A stretch of 64,000 bases of DNA from an uncultured Actinomycetes bacterium (GTDB taxonomy: Bacteria > Actinomycetota > UBA4738 > JBBDTT01), in NCBI GenBank assembly GCA_963742735.1, contig CAVUMN010000004.1, positions 928,001 through 992,000 on the forward strand. The letters run 5' to 3'. The notes beneath the pieces were generated by a model. That model was not told where the DNA came from, did not search any database, and worked only from the letters and a program-made list of their open reading frames with translations. Both the position numbers and the translations under genes were made by a program. Position 1 is the stretch's first letter; each line of letters begins with the position of its first letter. Positions 54,115 to 64,000 of the stretch are shown one piece after another.

Positions 54115-54534
54115 TCAGGAGACCTCGAACCGGCCCCGATGCCCGCGCTCCAGATGGCCCGAGATCGAGCAAAACATGACGAAGGTGCCCTCCTGGGGGG
54201 GCGCCTGGAGGGGCAGGCGCACGGTCTCACCCGGATTCGCCGTCATCTGCAGGGACAGCTCGTTGATCGTCAGGGTGTGGACGCGGGAGTCGGGGTTGTG
54301 GAAGACCACGACGATCGATTCGCCGGGGGCCACCACGACGCTGGCCGGCTCGTAGCGATAGCCGGGGGCGCTCACCGCGACGTCGCGGACCGAGCCCGAG
54401 GTCGTGGTCACCGGCGGCGAGGTCTCGCCACCCCGGGTCGCCGTGCTCGGGGGAGGTCCGAACCCATCCGGCTCGGAGGTGCACCCCGCCAGCAAGGCGA
54501 GCCCGAGCACGAGGGGAGCCCATCGCGTCCGCAT
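54115..54534 (-). CDS. Cupredoxin-domain lipoprotein
   Basis: LLAGC lipobox; [29 protein letters not shown]. Confidence 0.8.
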   Translation of the reverse strand: MRTRWAPLVLGLALLAGCTSEPDGFGPPPSTATRGGETSPPVTTTSGSVRDVAVSAPGYRYEPASVVVAPGESIVVVFHNPDSRVHTLTINELSLQMTANPGETVRLPLQAPPQEGTFVMFCSISGHLERGHRGRFEVS

Positions 54535-54589
54535 GCGGAGATCATCGCACGGGCGCCCGGCGCCCGGGAATAGCCCGGCCGAGCACAGA

Positions 54590-54619
54590 GTTGTACATAT
54601 CGCACTCAAGCTTTATCCT
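54590..54619 (+). promoter_or_regulatory. dnaK promoter overlapped by a HAIR (HspR operator)
   Basis: TTGTAC-N17-TATCCT (54591-54619); GTTGTAC-N7-ACTCAAG (54590-54610) versus the HAIR consensus CTTGAGT-N7-ACTCAAG. Confidence 0.8.
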
Positions 54620-54653
54620 GCGATCGCACCTACATCCCCTGAGGAGGAATGCA

Positions 54654-56510
54654 ATGTCGAGAGCGGTAGGCATCGACCTGGGGACCACGAACTCGGTGGT
54701 CGCCGTCCTGGAGGGCGGAGAGGCCGTCGTCGTCCCCAACGCCGAGGGCGCGCGGACGACCCCGTCCGTGGTGGGCTTCTCGAAGGCCGGGGAGATCCTG
54801 GTCGGCGAGGTGGCCAAGCGCCAGGCGATCACCAACCCGGATCGCACGATCCGGTCCGTCAAGCGCGAGATGGGCACGTCCTGGACCGTCGAGATCGACG
54901 GCAAGAACTGGACCCCCCAGGAGATCTCCGCGCAGATCCTCCAGAAGCTGAAGCGAGACGCCGAGGCGTATCTGGGCGACACCGTCACCCAGGCCGTGGT
55001 CACCGTCCCCGCCTACTTCGACGACTCGCAGCGCCAGGCCACCAAGGAGGCCGGGCAGATCGCCGGGCTCGAGGTCCTGCGGATCATCAACGAGCCCACC
55101 TCGGCGTCGCTCGCCTACGGCCTGGACAAGCAGTCCGACCAGACGATCCTGGTCTTCGACCTCGGGGGCGGCACGTTCGACGTGTCCCTGCTCGAGATCG
55201 GCGACGGGGTGTTCGAGGTCAAGGCCACGAGCGGCGACACCCACCTCGGCGGTGACGACTGGGACGAGCGGGTCATCGACTGGATGGTCACCCAGTTCAA
55301 GAACGCCCACGGCGTGGACCTGTCGAAGGACCGCATGGCGCGGCAGCGCCTCAAGGAGGCCGCGGAGAAGGCCAAGATCGAGCTGTCGCAGGTCCAGGAG
55401 ACCCACATCAACCTGCCCTTCCTCTCGGCCACTCCCGAGGGGCCGCTGCACTTCGAGGAGAAGCTCACCCGCGCGGACTTCGAGCGGATGACCGAGGACC
55501 TCCTCGAGCGGGTCGCCGGCCCGTTCCAGCAGGCGGTGAAGGACTGGGGCAAGGACGTGGCGGGCATCGACCACATCGTGCTCGTCGGCGGCTCCACCCG
55601 GATGCCGATGATCCAGGAGCTCGTCCGCAAGCTCACCGGTGGCAAGGACCCCCACAAGGGCGTGAACCCCGACGAGGTCGTCGCGGTGGGCGCCGCCCTG
55701 CAGGCGGGCGTGCTGAAGGGCGAGGTCAAGGACGTCCTGCTCCTGGACGTGACCCCGCTGTCCCTGGGCATCGAGACCCGGGGGGAGATCTTCACCAAGC
55801 TCCTGGAGCGCAACACCACGATCCCGACCAAGAAGTCGGAGATCTTCTCGACGGCCGCGGACAACCAGACCCAGGTCGAGGTGAACGTCCTGCAGGGCGA
55901 GGGCGAGACGGTCCACAACCCTGGGCTTCGCAGCCTGGGGCGGTTCGACCTGGTGGGGATCCCGCCCGCGCCGAGGGGGATGCCCCAGATCGAGGTCACC
56001 TTCGACATCGACGCGAACGGCATCCTGTCCGTCTCGGCCAAGGACAAGGCCACCGGCAAGGAGCAGGCCATGACCATCACCGGCGGAACGGCCCTCCCCA
56101 AGGAGGACATCGACCGCATGGTCAAGGACGCCGAGGCGTTCGCCGCGGAGGACCACCGTCGCCGCGAGGCGGCCGAGGCCCGCAACGCCGCGGACAACCT
56201 GACCTACCAGGTGGACAAGGCGCTGTCGGAGTACGGCGACAAGGTGCCGGAGGCCGACCGCGCGGCGGTCACCACCGCCAACGACGAGCTGAAGGAGGCC
56301 CTGAAGGACGACGACGTCGAGGCCATCAAGGCCAAGACCGACGCCCTGATGACCGCCTTCCAGGCCGTCGGCCCGGCGCTCTACCAGGCGCAGCAGCAGG
56401 AGCAGTCGGCCGCGGCCGGTCCGGAGGGCGAGGCCACGGCCCAGCCCGAGAACGACCAGCCCGAGGACGAGGTCGTCGAGGGCGAGATCGTCGACGAGGG
56501 CGGCGCATGA
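54654..56510 (+). CDS. dnaK: Chaperone DnaK
   Basis: [47 protein letters not shown]; SD GAGGAGG. Confidence 0.98.
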   Translation: MSRAVGIDLGTTNSVVAVLEGGEAVVVPNAEGARTTPSVVGFSKAGEILVGEVAKRQAITNPDRTIRSVKREMGTSWTVEIDGKNWTPQEISAQILQKLKRDAEAYLGDTVTQAVVTVPAYFDDSQRQATKEAGQIAGLEVLRIINEPTSASLAYGLDKQSDQTILVFDLGGGTFDVSLLEIGDGVFEVKATSGDTHLGGDDWDERVIDWMVTQFKNAHGVDLSKDRMARQRLKEAAEKAKIELSQVQETHINLPFLSATPEGPLHFEEKLTRADFERMTEDLLERVAGPFQQAVKDWGKDVAGIDHIVLVGGSTRMPMIQELVRKLTGGKDPHKGVNPDEVVAVGAALQAGVLKGEVKDVLLLDVTPLSLGIETRGEIFTKLLERNTTIPTKKSEIFSTAADNQTQVEVNVLQGEGETVHNPGLRSLGRFDLVGIPPAPRGMPQIEVTFDIDANGILSVSAKDKATGKEQAMTITGGTALPKEDIDRMVKDAEAFAAEDHRRREAAEARNAADNLTYQVDKALSEYGDKVPEADRAAVTTANDELKEALKDDDVEAIKAKTDALMTAFQAVGPALYQAQQQEQSAAAGPEGEATAQPENDQPEDEVVEGEIVDEGGA

Positions 56511-57037
56511 CGGAGCGGAAGTCGCCGACGGCCGAGGAGCCGGACGCGACCGAGCCGGTCGAGGATGCCGTCGAGGTCGACGAGCTCGCCGAGGCGCGGG
56601 CGCGGGCGGCCGAGTACCTCGACCACCTGCAGCGGCTGCAGGCCGAGTTCGAGAACTTCCGGAAGCGGACGATGAAGGAGCAGACGCGGGCCCTGGAGTT
56701 CGGGTCCGAGGGGCTCGTTCGCCGCCTGCTCGAGGTCGTGGACGAGTTCGAGCTCGCGCTGGCCTCGGCCGGTTCCCGTCCCGAGCTCGCGCCGTTCACC
56801 CGAGGCGTAGAGCTGGTGCACGCGAAGCTCCTCGACGCGCTCCGTGCGGAAGGCGTGGAGCCGCTCGACGCCGTCGGCAGGCCGTTCGACCCCGAGCTCC
56901 ACGAAGCTCTCATGGGCTCGAGCGACGACGAGGGCGAGCACTACGTCGAGGACGTGCTCCGGACCGGATACCGGCTGAAGGGCCGGGTCATCCGGCCGGC
57001 GGGCGTGCGCGTCGGGACGCGGCAGCCCGCGCCGTGA
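56507..57037 (+). CDS. grpE: Nucleotide exchange factor GrpE
   Basis: [31 protein letters not shown]. Confidence 0.97.
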   Translation: MTERKSPTAEEPDATEPVEDAVEVDELAEARARAAEYLDHLQRLQAEFENFRKRTMKEQTRALEFGSEGLVRRLLEVVDEFELALASAGSRPELAPFTRGVELVHAKLLDALRAEGVEPLDAVGRPFDPELHEALMGSSDDEGEHYVEDVLRTGYRLKGRVIRPAGVRVGTRQPAP

Positions 57038-58197
57038 ACGGCAACGTCAGCCGCGACTGGTTCGAGAAGGACTACTACGCGGTCCTCGGGGTCGCGAAGA
57101 ACGCGTCCCAGGCCGACGTCAAGAAGTCCTATCGCAAGCTCGCCCAGAAGCTGCACCCCGATGCGAACCCGGGCGACGCGGCCGCCGAGGAGCGCTTCAA
57201 GGAGCTCTCCCAGGCCTACGACGTCCTCGGCGACGAGAAGAAGCGGGCCGAGTACGACCGGGTGCGGGAGATGGTCGCCTCGGGCGCGGGCTTCGGCGGC
57301 GGCGCGGGCGGCTTCGGGGGCGGGTTTCCGGGGGGCGGCTTCCCCGGCGGCGTCCGGGTCGAGGACGTGGAGTTCGACGGCGACCTGGGGGACCTGTTCG
57401 GCTCGATCTTCGGCGGCGGCGGAGCTCGAGGGGCCGGCCGGCGGGCCGCGGCGAGCCGGGGGTCCGACCTGGAGGCCGAGGTCCGCGTCTCGTTCGACGA
57501 GGCCATGCGGGGCACCGAGGTCCCACTGAGAGTCTCCGGGCCGGCGCGCTGCGACGTGTGCAACGGCAGCGGCGCGAAGCCGGGCACGTCGGTGACCACC
57601 TGTCCGGACTGCGCCGGCACCGGGGCGGTCGCGGAGAACCAGGGGTTCTTCTCGATGAGCCGGACCTGCCCGCGGTGCCGGGGAGCGGGGCGGCTGATCG
57701 AGACGCCCTGCGAGTCCTGCCGGGGCTCCGGCGTGAAGAGCCGGACCCGGACGGTGACCGTGAAGATCCCCTCGGGGATCAGGGACGGCGCGCGCATCAA
57801 GGTGGCGGGCCGCGGCGAGGCCGGCCGCGGAGCCGGCGGCGCGGGCGACCTGTACGTGCGGGTCCGGGTGGAGCCGCACAAGGTCTTCGGCCGCAAGGGC
57901 AGCGACCTGCTGCTGTCCCTGCCGATCTCGTTCCCCGAGGCGGCCCTGGGCGCCCACGTCCAGGTCCCCACGCTGAACGGGCCGGTCACCCTGAAGGTCC
58001 CGGCCGGGACGGCGAACGGCAAGACGTTCCGCGTCCGCGGCAAGGGCGCGCCGAAGTCGGGCGGCGGGACCGGCGACCTCCTGGTGACGGTCGCCGTCGC
58101 GGTCCCGTCGAGGCTCTCGAAGAAGGAGAAGGAGCTGCTCGAGCAGTTCAACGAGCTGCATCGCGACGACCCGCGCGCCGGGCTGGGCGTCGACTGA
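57034..58197 (+). CDS. dnaJ: Chaperone DnaJ
   Basis: KDYY.VLGV, HPD, G/F-rich region, four CxxCxGxG repeats. Confidence 0.97.
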   Translation: MNGNVSRDWFEKDYYAVLGVAKNASQADVKKSYRKLAQKLHPDANPGDAAAEERFKELSQAYDVLGDEKKRAEYDRVREMVASGAGFGGGAGGFGGGFPGGGFPGGVRVEDVEFDGDLGDLFGSIFGGGGARGAGRRAAASRGSDLEAEVRVSFDEAMRGTEVPLRVSGPARCDVCNGSGAKPGTSVTTCPDCAGTGAVAENQGFFSMSRTCPRCRGAGRLIETPCESCRGSGVKSRTRTVTVKIPSGIRDGARIKVAGRGEAGRGAGGAGDLYVRVRVEPHKVFGRKGSDLLLSLPISFPEAALGAHVQVPTLNGPVTLKVPAGTANGKTFRVRGKGAPKSGGGTGDLLVTVAVAVPSRLSKKEKELLEQFNELHRDDPRAGLGVD

Positions 58198-58207
58198 GGA
58201 GGAACCC

Positions 58208-58612
58208 ATGGGAACCGAACCGCGCAACCGGGCCGGACGAGGCGATCGGGCCGTCTACATCATCAGCGTCGCGGCGGAGCTGACGGGCGTCCACCCGCAG
58301 ACGCTGCGCATCTACGAGCGCAAGGGCCTGCTGTCGCCGGCGCGGACGACCGGCAACACCCGCCGGTACTCCGAGCGCGACATCGAACGGCTCCGCGCGA
58401 TCCAGCGGCTCACCCAGGAGGAGGGCGTGAACCTCGCCGGCGCGCGCATGGTGATGGACCTCCAGGAGGAGCTCCTGCGCACCCGCGAACAGCTGGAGCG
58501 GATGCGCCGAGAGGTCGCCGCCCTGCGCCGCGAACGCTCGCGCGGGCGCGGCGGCGCGCTCGTGCTTCGCCGCGAGGTCCAGGACCTGTTGGGAGGCCCC
58601 CGATGGCCCTGA
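58208..58612 (+). CDS. hspR: Heat-shock repressor HspR (MerR family)
   Basis: [37 protein letters not shown]. Confidence 0.96.
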   Translation: MGTEPRNRAGRGDRAVYIISVAAELTGVHPQTLRIYERKGLLSPARTTGNTRRYSERDIERLRAIQRLTQEEGVNLAGARMVMDLQEELLRTREQLERMRREVAALRRERSRGRGGALVLRREVQDLLGGPRWP

Positions 58613-58656
58613 ACGAGCTGACGATCAAGTCCCGGGCCCTCGAGGCGGCCGCGTAG
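58603..58656 (+). pseudogene. clpB: Probable 5' remnant of clpB (17 codons)
   Basis: ATG after GGAGG, overlapping the end of hspR; [17 protein letters not shown] resembles the ClpB N-terminus M..N.LT.KSQEAL..A. Confidence 0.5.
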
Positions 58657-58748
58657 CTCGGACCTCCGCGGGTCTGGGCCGAAACGAAGCTGCAACCTGC
58701 TGTTTACCTGGGCGACATCGGCCTGAAATCTCCCTCCGCCACACTCGG

Positions 58749-59132
58749 GTGGATCACGTTCGGGGGAGGCGATTGGACGGGCTGATCGAGGCGCCCGCTG
58801 GCGACTGGGTGGTCTGCGGACCGCTCTGGGTGTCGCCGACCGTGCGGTGCGAGGCCCGGCTGCACGGGGACCGCGTGGCCATGTCGCCCAGCGAGCTCCT
58901 GATGCTGACCCGTCTGGTGGAGGCCGACGGGGCCATCGTGTCGCGCGACGAGCTCTACGGGCTCTCCGTGGGTGGGCGGCTCCGAAGGGGCTCGCGAGCG
59001 GTGGACATCCACATGGCGCGCATCCGCAAGGCGCTCGGCGCCGCCGGCCGGCTGCTCATCGGCGTACCGAAGCGCGGCTATCGCCTGGACACGCTCGAGC
59101 TGGTTCGCCTGCATCCCGAGCCGGCCTCCTAG
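58749..59132 (+). CDS. Stand-alone OmpR/PhoB-type winged-helix DNA-binding protein (no receiver domain)
   Basis: MSPSE..ML..L....G.IVSRDEL, SRAVDIHMARIRKALG, VPKRGYRL. Confidence 0.8.
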   Translation: MDHVRGRRLDGLIEAPAGDWVVCGPLWVSPTVRCEARLHGDRVAMSPSELLMLTRLVEADGAIVSRDELYGLSVGGRLRRGSRAVDIHMARIRKALGAAGRLLIGVPKRGYRLDTLELVRLHPEPAS

Positions 59133-59171
59133 CGCTCCCAAACGCCGGCGGATTCCGCATACTTGGGGCCG

Positions 59172-59873
59172 ATGGAGCCGTTCCTGATCTTCGTCCTCTT
59201 CGCGGCGCTGATGATCGTCGTGGCCTACTTCGCCTATCAGGCGAAGAAGAAGCGCCGGCTGGCGCTTCAGGCGTTCGCAACCCAATACGGCATGACGTAC
59301 TCGCAGTCGGACCCCCACGGCCTGCTCAACTACGCGTTCGGTCTGTTCCAGCGGGGCGAGGGGCGGGGGATCGAGAACGTGCTGACCGGCGCGTGGCAGG
59401 AGTGCCCCGTCAAGGCGGCCGACTACTGGTACTACACGGAATCGACGGACTCGAAGGGCCACAAGAGCAAGAGCTATCACCACTTCTCGGTGGTCGTCGT
59501 GGACGTCGCGCTGGGACTGCCCCCGGTCAGCCTCCAGCGCGAGGGGTTCTTCACCCGCCTGGCCGACCACGTCGGCCTGCGGGACATCGACTTCGAGTCG
59601 GAGGCGTTCAACCGTGCCTGGAACGTGAAGGCCGACGACCGCGAGTTCGCCTTCAAGCTCGTGGACGCCCGCATGATGCACTTCCTGATGGCCACTGAGG
59701 GGTTCGGCTACGAGGTGTGCGGCCCGTGGCTGCTCATCTTCAGCAAGCGCCTGAAGCCGACGGAGCTGATCCCGCTCCTGGGGACCGCGAAGGGATTCCA
59801 TGACCAGATTCCGCGGCTGGTGTGGAACGAGTACGGTAACGCCTCGCAGACGAAGGAGGGAATGACGCCGTGA
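59172..59873 (+). CDS. Membrane-anchored protein (DUF3137-like), LemA-associated
   Basis: N-terminal TM; DIDFESEAFNRAW.V..DD.EFA..L...RMM.FL. Confidence 0.75.
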   Translation: MEPFLIFVLFAALMIVVAYFAYQAKKKRRLALQAFATQYGMTYSQSDPHGLLNYAFGLFQRGEGRGIENVLTGAWQECPVKAADYWYYTESTDSKGHKSKSYHHFSVVVVDVALGLPPVSLQREGFFTRLADHVGLRDIDFESEAFNRAWNVKADDREFAFKLVDARMMHFLMATEGFGYEVCGPWLLIFSKRLKPTELIPLLGTAKGFHDQIPRLVWNEYGNASQTKEGMTP

Positions 59874-60580
59874 CCGTGTTGTGGATCGTCCTCGGGGTGG
59901 TGGGCCTGCTCCTGATCGCGGGCATCGTCTCCTACAACCGGTTCGTCGCACAGCGGAACCTGATCAGGAACGCCTTCGCGAACATCGACACCGAGCTTCG
60001 CCGCCGGTACGACCTGATCCCCAACCTGGTCGAGACCGTCCGCGGCTACGCCGCGCACGAGCGCGAGACCCTCGAGGCGGTCATCCAGGCCCGAAACGCC
60101 GCCGTGGCCACCACCGGCCAGTCGCCGGCCGCCCAGGCCGCGGCGGAGGGCCCGTTCGTCGCCGCTCTGCGACAGCTGTTCGCCGTCGTCGAGCAGTACC
60201 CGAACCTGAAAGCCAACGAGAACTTCCTGGCGCTGCAGGCCGAGCTGACCAACACCGAGGACCGCCTGCAGGCGAGCCGGCGCTTCTACAACGGCAACGT
60301 CCAGGACTTCAACCGGCGGGTCGAGTCGTTCCCCTCGAACATCATCGCGAGCATGTTCAACTTCAAGCAGGAGGAGTTCTTCGAGATCGAGGAGGCCATC
60401 CGCACGGCCGGGCCGCCGCAGGTGGACTTCACCGGCGGGGCCGCCGCCGGGCCGCCCCCCGCCGCACCTCCGGCGACGACTCCGCCCGCGGCAGGGCCTC
60501 CGCCGGCCGGGGGTCCTCCCGGGGCTCCTCCGGCGGTGCCTCCACCGATCCCGCCCCCTGCGGCGCCTCCGGCTCCGTAG
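59870..60580 (+). CDS. lemA: LemA family protein with a Pro-rich tail
   Basis: YN..V..RN, ID.EL.RR.DLIPNLVETV.GYA.HE, E.YP.LKANENF..LQ.EL..TEDR, SRRFYN, FPSNIIA. Confidence 0.95.
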   Translation: MTVLWIVLGVVGLLLIAGIVSYNRFVAQRNLIRNAFANIDTELRRRYDLIPNLVETVRGYAAHERETLEAVIQARNAAVATTGQSPAAQAAAEGPFVAALRQLFAVVEQYPNLKANENFLALQAELTNTEDRLQASRRFYNGNVQDFNRRVESFPSNIIASMFNFKQEEFFEIEEAIRTAGPPQVDFTGGAAAGPPPAAPPATTPPAAGPPPAGGPPGAPPAVPPPIPPPAAPPAP

Positions 60581-61847
60581 CGCCGGCCGGGGTCCGGGCC
60601 AGGGCGCGGGCCGCGAGGGCCCGCCAGATCAGGGCGTAGGCGAGGGCGACGCCGGCCAGAGAGCTCATGACGATGCGCGGGTCGAACCGGCTGGCCGCCG
60701 AACCCGCGATGACGTTCGAGATCGCGATCGACGCCGTGACCAGCATGTAGTCGAACGCGAACACCCGGCCGCGGATGCGGTCGGGCACCAGGACCTGCAG
60801 CCCGTAGGTGGACAGCGTCCACTGGGCGCCGCCGCCCAGGTGCGCCCCCACCGCGAACATCGCCGCGATCCACAGCGCGGGCATCCACGGGAACAGCAGG
60901 TAGAAGACGCCGAAGGTCGCCAGGGCGATGCCGATGGCCGTGAACAGCCGCGAGTCGTCGCCGCCGATGAACCGCCGACCCAGGAACGGCCCTACCAGCG
61001 CGCCCAGCCCGCGGGCCCCGAGCAGGATCCCGATCCCCGCGTCGCCGGCGTCGAACACCTTCGCCGCGAACACCGGCAGCAGCGAGATCACCCCGCCGGC
61101 GAACCCGAACCCGCCCTTCACGGCGAGCAGCGCGAACACGCGGGGCTCCCGGCGCGCGTACCGCACGGTCTCGACGACGGCGTCGCGGATCGGGGGGTGC
61201 TCCTCGCGCTCGCGGATCTCGGAGAAGCGGCGCCGGATGGTGAGCAGGATCGCCGCCGACAGCGCGAACGAAACCGCGTCGCCGATGAACGCCGCGTCGC
61301 GTCCGAGCGTGGCCGAGACCAGGCCTCCGAGCGCCGCCCCGACCGCGAGCATCACGCCCCAGGCCGAGCCGACCAGGACGTTCGCGGCCGGCAGGTCCTC
61401 GGGGTCCACCACGTTGGGCACCGCCGCCGAGGACGCCGGCTCGAAGAGCGCGCCCAACGAGGCCAGCGCGGCCGAGAGCACGTAGATCAGCCAGACGTCC
61501 TCGCGGCCGTTCACGAACAGGAATCCGAGGGCGATCAGGGCGCGGGCCGAGTCGGAGATGATCATCAGCCGTCGCCGGTCCAGCCGGTCGGCCAGGACTC
61601 CGCCCACCGGGCTGAGCAGCGTGAACGGGATCAGGTGCGCGACCAGCACGAGCGAGGTCAGGAACGGCGAGCCGGTCAGCTCCAGGACCAGGCCGTACAG
61701 GGCGACCTGCAGGAACCAGTCCCCGGCGAAGGAGATCAGGCTCGCGGAGTACAACCGCGCGAAGTCGGGGTTGCGCCGAAGTAGCCCCCACGCCTCGCGA
61801 AGCCCGCCCCGAGGCGGTCCGACCTTCGCCGAATCCTTGAGCTCCAT
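60429..61847 (-). CDS. MFS transporter (H+ antiporter / MFS_3-like)
   Basis: About 12 TMs; GGVLADRLDRRRLMIISD, PD.IRGRV; the C-terminal tail overlaps lemA antisense. Confidence 0.9.
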   Translation of the reverse strand: MELKDSAKVGPPRGGLREAWGLLRRNPDFARLYSASLISFAGDWFLQVALYGLVLELTGSPFLTSLVLVAHLIPFTLLSPVGGVLADRLDRRRLMIISDSARALIALGFLFVNGREDVWLIYVLSAALASLGALFEPASSAAVPNVVDPEDLPAANVLVGSAWGVMLAVGAALGGLVSATLGRDAAFIGDAVSFALSAAILLTIRRRFSEIREREEHPPIRDAVVETVRYARREPRVFALLAVKGGFGFAGGVISLLPVFAAKVFDAGDAGIGILLGARGLGALVGPFLGRRFIGGDDSRLFTAIGIALATFGVFYLLFPWMPALWIAAMFAVGAHLGGGAQWTLSTYGLQVLVPDRIRGRVFAFDYMLVTASIAISNVIAGSAASRFDPRIVMSSLAGVALAYALIWRALAARALARTPAGATEPEAPQGAGSVEAPPEEPREDPRPAEALPRAESSPEVRRGAARRRPRR

Positions 61848-61911
61848 GCGGCTCAGGGTACCGAGGTTGTACGGTTTCTCGGTCGTCCCCCGGCGTGTGG
61901 AGGTTTCCCGA

Positions 61912-62562
61912 ATGCTCGACGCGTTCACCTGGTACCGGCAGTCGGCGTATCGCTACGACGGCAACGGCGTGACGGTCTACATCGACCCGTGGGGGCTGCC
62001 GGACGACGCCCCGCCAGCCGACGTCATCTTCGTCACCCACGCGCACCTCGACCACTACAACCCCGAGGACTTCGAGCGGGTCCGGTCCGAGAAGACCACG
62101 ATCGTCGCGCCGCGCGACGTCGCGAACGACTGCGGGCTGACCGGCACGATCGTCCCGGTGGCCCCCGGCGACACGGTCGACGCCGGAGGGGTCAAGGCCG
62201 AGGCCGTCCCCGCCTACAACATCGTCGAGGACCGCCTGGACAAGCATCCGAAGACGAACAACTGGGTGGGCTACGTCCTGTCGCTGGGCGACGCCACGTA
62301 CTACTTCGCCGGCGACACCGACCACGTGCCGGAGCTCAGCTTCCTGAAGACCCAGGTGGCGTTCGTCCCGATCGGGGGCACGTACACCATGGACGCCGAC
62401 GAGGCCGCCGGCCTGATCCGCGAGATCCGTCCAACCATCGCGGTGCCCAACCACTACGGGTTCATGGTCGGGACCCCGGCGGACGCCGATCGGTTCAAGT
62501 CGTCGTGCGACCCGATCGAGGTGCAGATCCTGGAGCCGCAAAACCCGTTCGAGCGGACCTGA
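61912..62562 (+). CDS. Metallo-beta-lactamase-fold hydrolase
   Basis: IDP, THAHLDH, YFAGDT, PIGGTYTM, P.HYG. Confidence 0.92.
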   Translation: MLDAFTWYRQSAYRYDGNGVTVYIDPWGLPDDAPPADVIFVTHAHLDHYNPEDFERVRSEKTTIVAPRDVANDCGLTGTIVPVAPGDTVDAGGVKAEAVPAYNIVEDRLDKHPKTNNWVGYVLSLGDATYYFAGDTDHVPELSFLKTQVAFVPIGGTYTMDADEAAGLIREIRPTIAVPNHYGFMVGTPADADRFKSSCDPIEVQILEPQNPFERT

Positions 62563-62846
62563 TGGCCGCGCCGCTGCGGTCCTTCGGCCGGCTGGCCGTG
62601 TGGGCGGTCCTCGCCGGCTCGATCGTCGCGGTCGTGGCGGCGGTGACGGGGGTGCAGAACTGCGACAGCGTCTGGTCGACGTCCGAGTGCCGCGAGCTCG
62701 TGCGGACGCTGTCGATCCGGGTGGGCATCTTGACCGCGGTGGCCACGGCGGTCATGGCCCTGTTCGTGGCGGGGCTCGGACGGATGTCCGAGCAGGACGA
62801 GGCCGACCGCCGGGAGCGCCGGATGGGGACGCTCGAGCAGGACTAG
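62562..62846 (+). CDS. Small two-TM membrane protein with a Cys-flanked loop
   Basis: TGATG coupling; two hydrophobic helices around NCDSVWSTSEC. Confidence 0.65.
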   Translation: MAAPLRSFGRLAVWAVLAGSIVAVVAAVTGVQNCDSVWSTSECRELVRTLSIRVGILTAVATAVMALFVAGLGRMSEQDEADRRERRMGTLEQD

Positions 62847-62932
62847 TTCGGGCGGTTCGAGCCCTTCCCGGGCGCGACGGCCCTGGAGTACAGTGCCGCC
62901 CGAGCGTCCCGATCCAGCAGGAGGAACCCTCT

Positions 62933-63586
62933 ATGGCAGCCGGCACCGGCCCCGTCCCGTTCACCGACAACTACTCCGACCACTCCACCGAGGCCGGCTA
63001 TCAGTTCGAGTTCTTCTGTGAGCGCTGCGGCAACGGCTACAAGTCGGCGTTCGACGCCTCGGCGATGGGGGTCGGCGGGAAGGTGCTGGGGGCGCTCGGG
63101 GGCCTGTTCGGCGGCAAGGTCGCCAGCGCCTCGTACGGTGCGGAGCACCTGAAGGACCTCACGGGATCCCAGGCCAAGGACAAGGCGTTGACGAAGGCCG
63201 TCCAGGAGATCTCGCCGCTGTTCAACCAGTGCCACAAGTGCGGCAACTGGGTGTGCAAGAACATCTGCTGGAACGAGGAGGTCGGGCTCTGCGTCGACGA
63301 CGCGCCGAAGCTCGAGCAGGAGATGGCGTCCGCCCAGGCCCAGGCCCAGCTCCAGCAGGTGAAGGACAAGATCGCGAAGACCGACTACACGGCCGGGATC
63401 AACGTCGAGCGCAAGCAGGTCGCGCTCTGCCCGAGCTGCGGAACCGAGGCTCCGCCGTCGGGCAAGTTCTGCGACAACTGCGGCGCGGCGCTGGCCGGCG
63501 TCCCCGTCGTGTGCGGCAAGTGCGGCACCGAGAACGAGCGCGGCAAGAAGTTCTGCGCCGAGTGCGGCAACTCGCTCACGGCCTGA
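62933..63586 (+). CDS. Multi zinc-ribbon (double zinc ribbon) protein
   Basis: SD AGGAGG; GYQFEFFCERCG, CHKC..WVC..CWN, four C-terminal CxxCG knuckles. Confidence 0.85.
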   Translation: MAAGTGPVPFTDNYSDHSTEAGYQFEFFCERCGNGYKSAFDASAMGVGGKVLGALGGLFGGKVASASYGAEHLKDLTGSQAKDKALTKAVQEISPLFNQCHKCGNWVCKNICWNEEVGLCVDDAPKLEQEMASAQAQAQLQQVKDKIAKTDYTAGINVERKQVALCPSCGTEAPPSGKFCDNCGAALAGVPVVCGKCGTENERGKKFCAECGNSLTA

Positions 63587-63587
63587 C

Positions 63588-64000
63588 GTGACGGTCCAGA
63601 AGGGACAGGTCTCGCTCGACGGGGCCGCGGCCGTCGCGGCGTCGGTCGAGGTCGGCGAGGACGCGGTCTCGATCGCCCCGGAGGGCGCCGAGCCGATCGC
63701 GCTGGCGCTGGTCGACATCACCGACCTGTTCGACGACGACTACACGCTGCGGCTCACCGACTACGCCGGCGCGCGCTACGACCTGTCGATGCTCGGGACG
63801 GCGTACGGGCAGGTGGTGGAGGAGCTCCGCCAGCGCCGGGACGACCGGCTCCAGAAGGAGCTCCTGCTGACCGGCGTGAAGCTCGCCGACACCTACCCCG
63901 GCAAGCTCTTCGGCGGCGCCGAGCCGGCCGACGTGGAGATCCGCCTGTTCGAGGACTCGCTGGTCGTCGTCCCCTCGCGGGCCCAGATGTTCGGGATCCC
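63588..64000 (+). CDS. Hypothetical protein, truncated by the window end (possibly PH-like beta domains)
   Basis: GTG 1 nt after the upstream stop; open frame VTVQKGQVSL...VEIRLFEDSLVVVP to the window edge with typical codon bias. Confidence 0.7.
   Translation, partial: MTVQKGQVSLDGAAAVAASVEVGEDAVSIAPEGAEPIALALVDITDLFDDDYTLRLTDYAGARYDLSMLGTAYGQVVEELRQRRDDRLQKELLLTGVKLADTYPGKLFGGAEPADVEIRLFEDSLVVVPSRAQMFGI

Noticed and set aside
1-64000. Long Arg/Pro/Gly-rich ORFs in alternative frames (for example 4343-6448, 7749-9608, 19347-21437, 60286-62541)
   Set aside because: These are shadow ORFs expected in very GC-rich DNA. They overlap well-supported genes and carry no recognisable motifs.

Overview
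Very GC-rich chromosomal segment of an Actinomycetota bacterium. The lineage is inferred from gene content and order: DUF5318-ponA-GT87, rpsF-ssb-rpsR-rplI-dnaB, tRNA-Gly-dcd, dnaK-grpE-dnaJ-hspR with a HAIR site, an actinobacterial Tad locus, and many apparently leaderless genes. About 65 real genes can be supported. Most long ORFs in the six-frame track are GC-rich shadow frames. Single-base frameshifts in cpaE, ponA, the second FAAL, dnaB and dcd look like read or assembly errors. No CRISPR array, prophage, integrase or transposase is visible. The best candidates for undescribed biology are: (1) a five-gene acyl-transfer cassette between rplI and dnaB (two alpha/beta-hydrolase-fold proteins with GxRxG and GxCxG elbows, an ACP and two tandem fatty acyl-AMP ligases, with no PKS or NRPS); (2) a Tad pseudopilin fused to an M15 D,D-peptidase domain; (3) two tandem structured ncRNA candidates at about 1480-1870; (4) a RelE/Phd toxin-antitoxin pair transcribed divergently from back-to-back promoters; (5) an orphan, degenerate NuoH-like plus NuoN/HyfB-like membrane pair inside the ponA cell-wall locus. 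All family assignments come from recognising motifs by eye, not from database searches.
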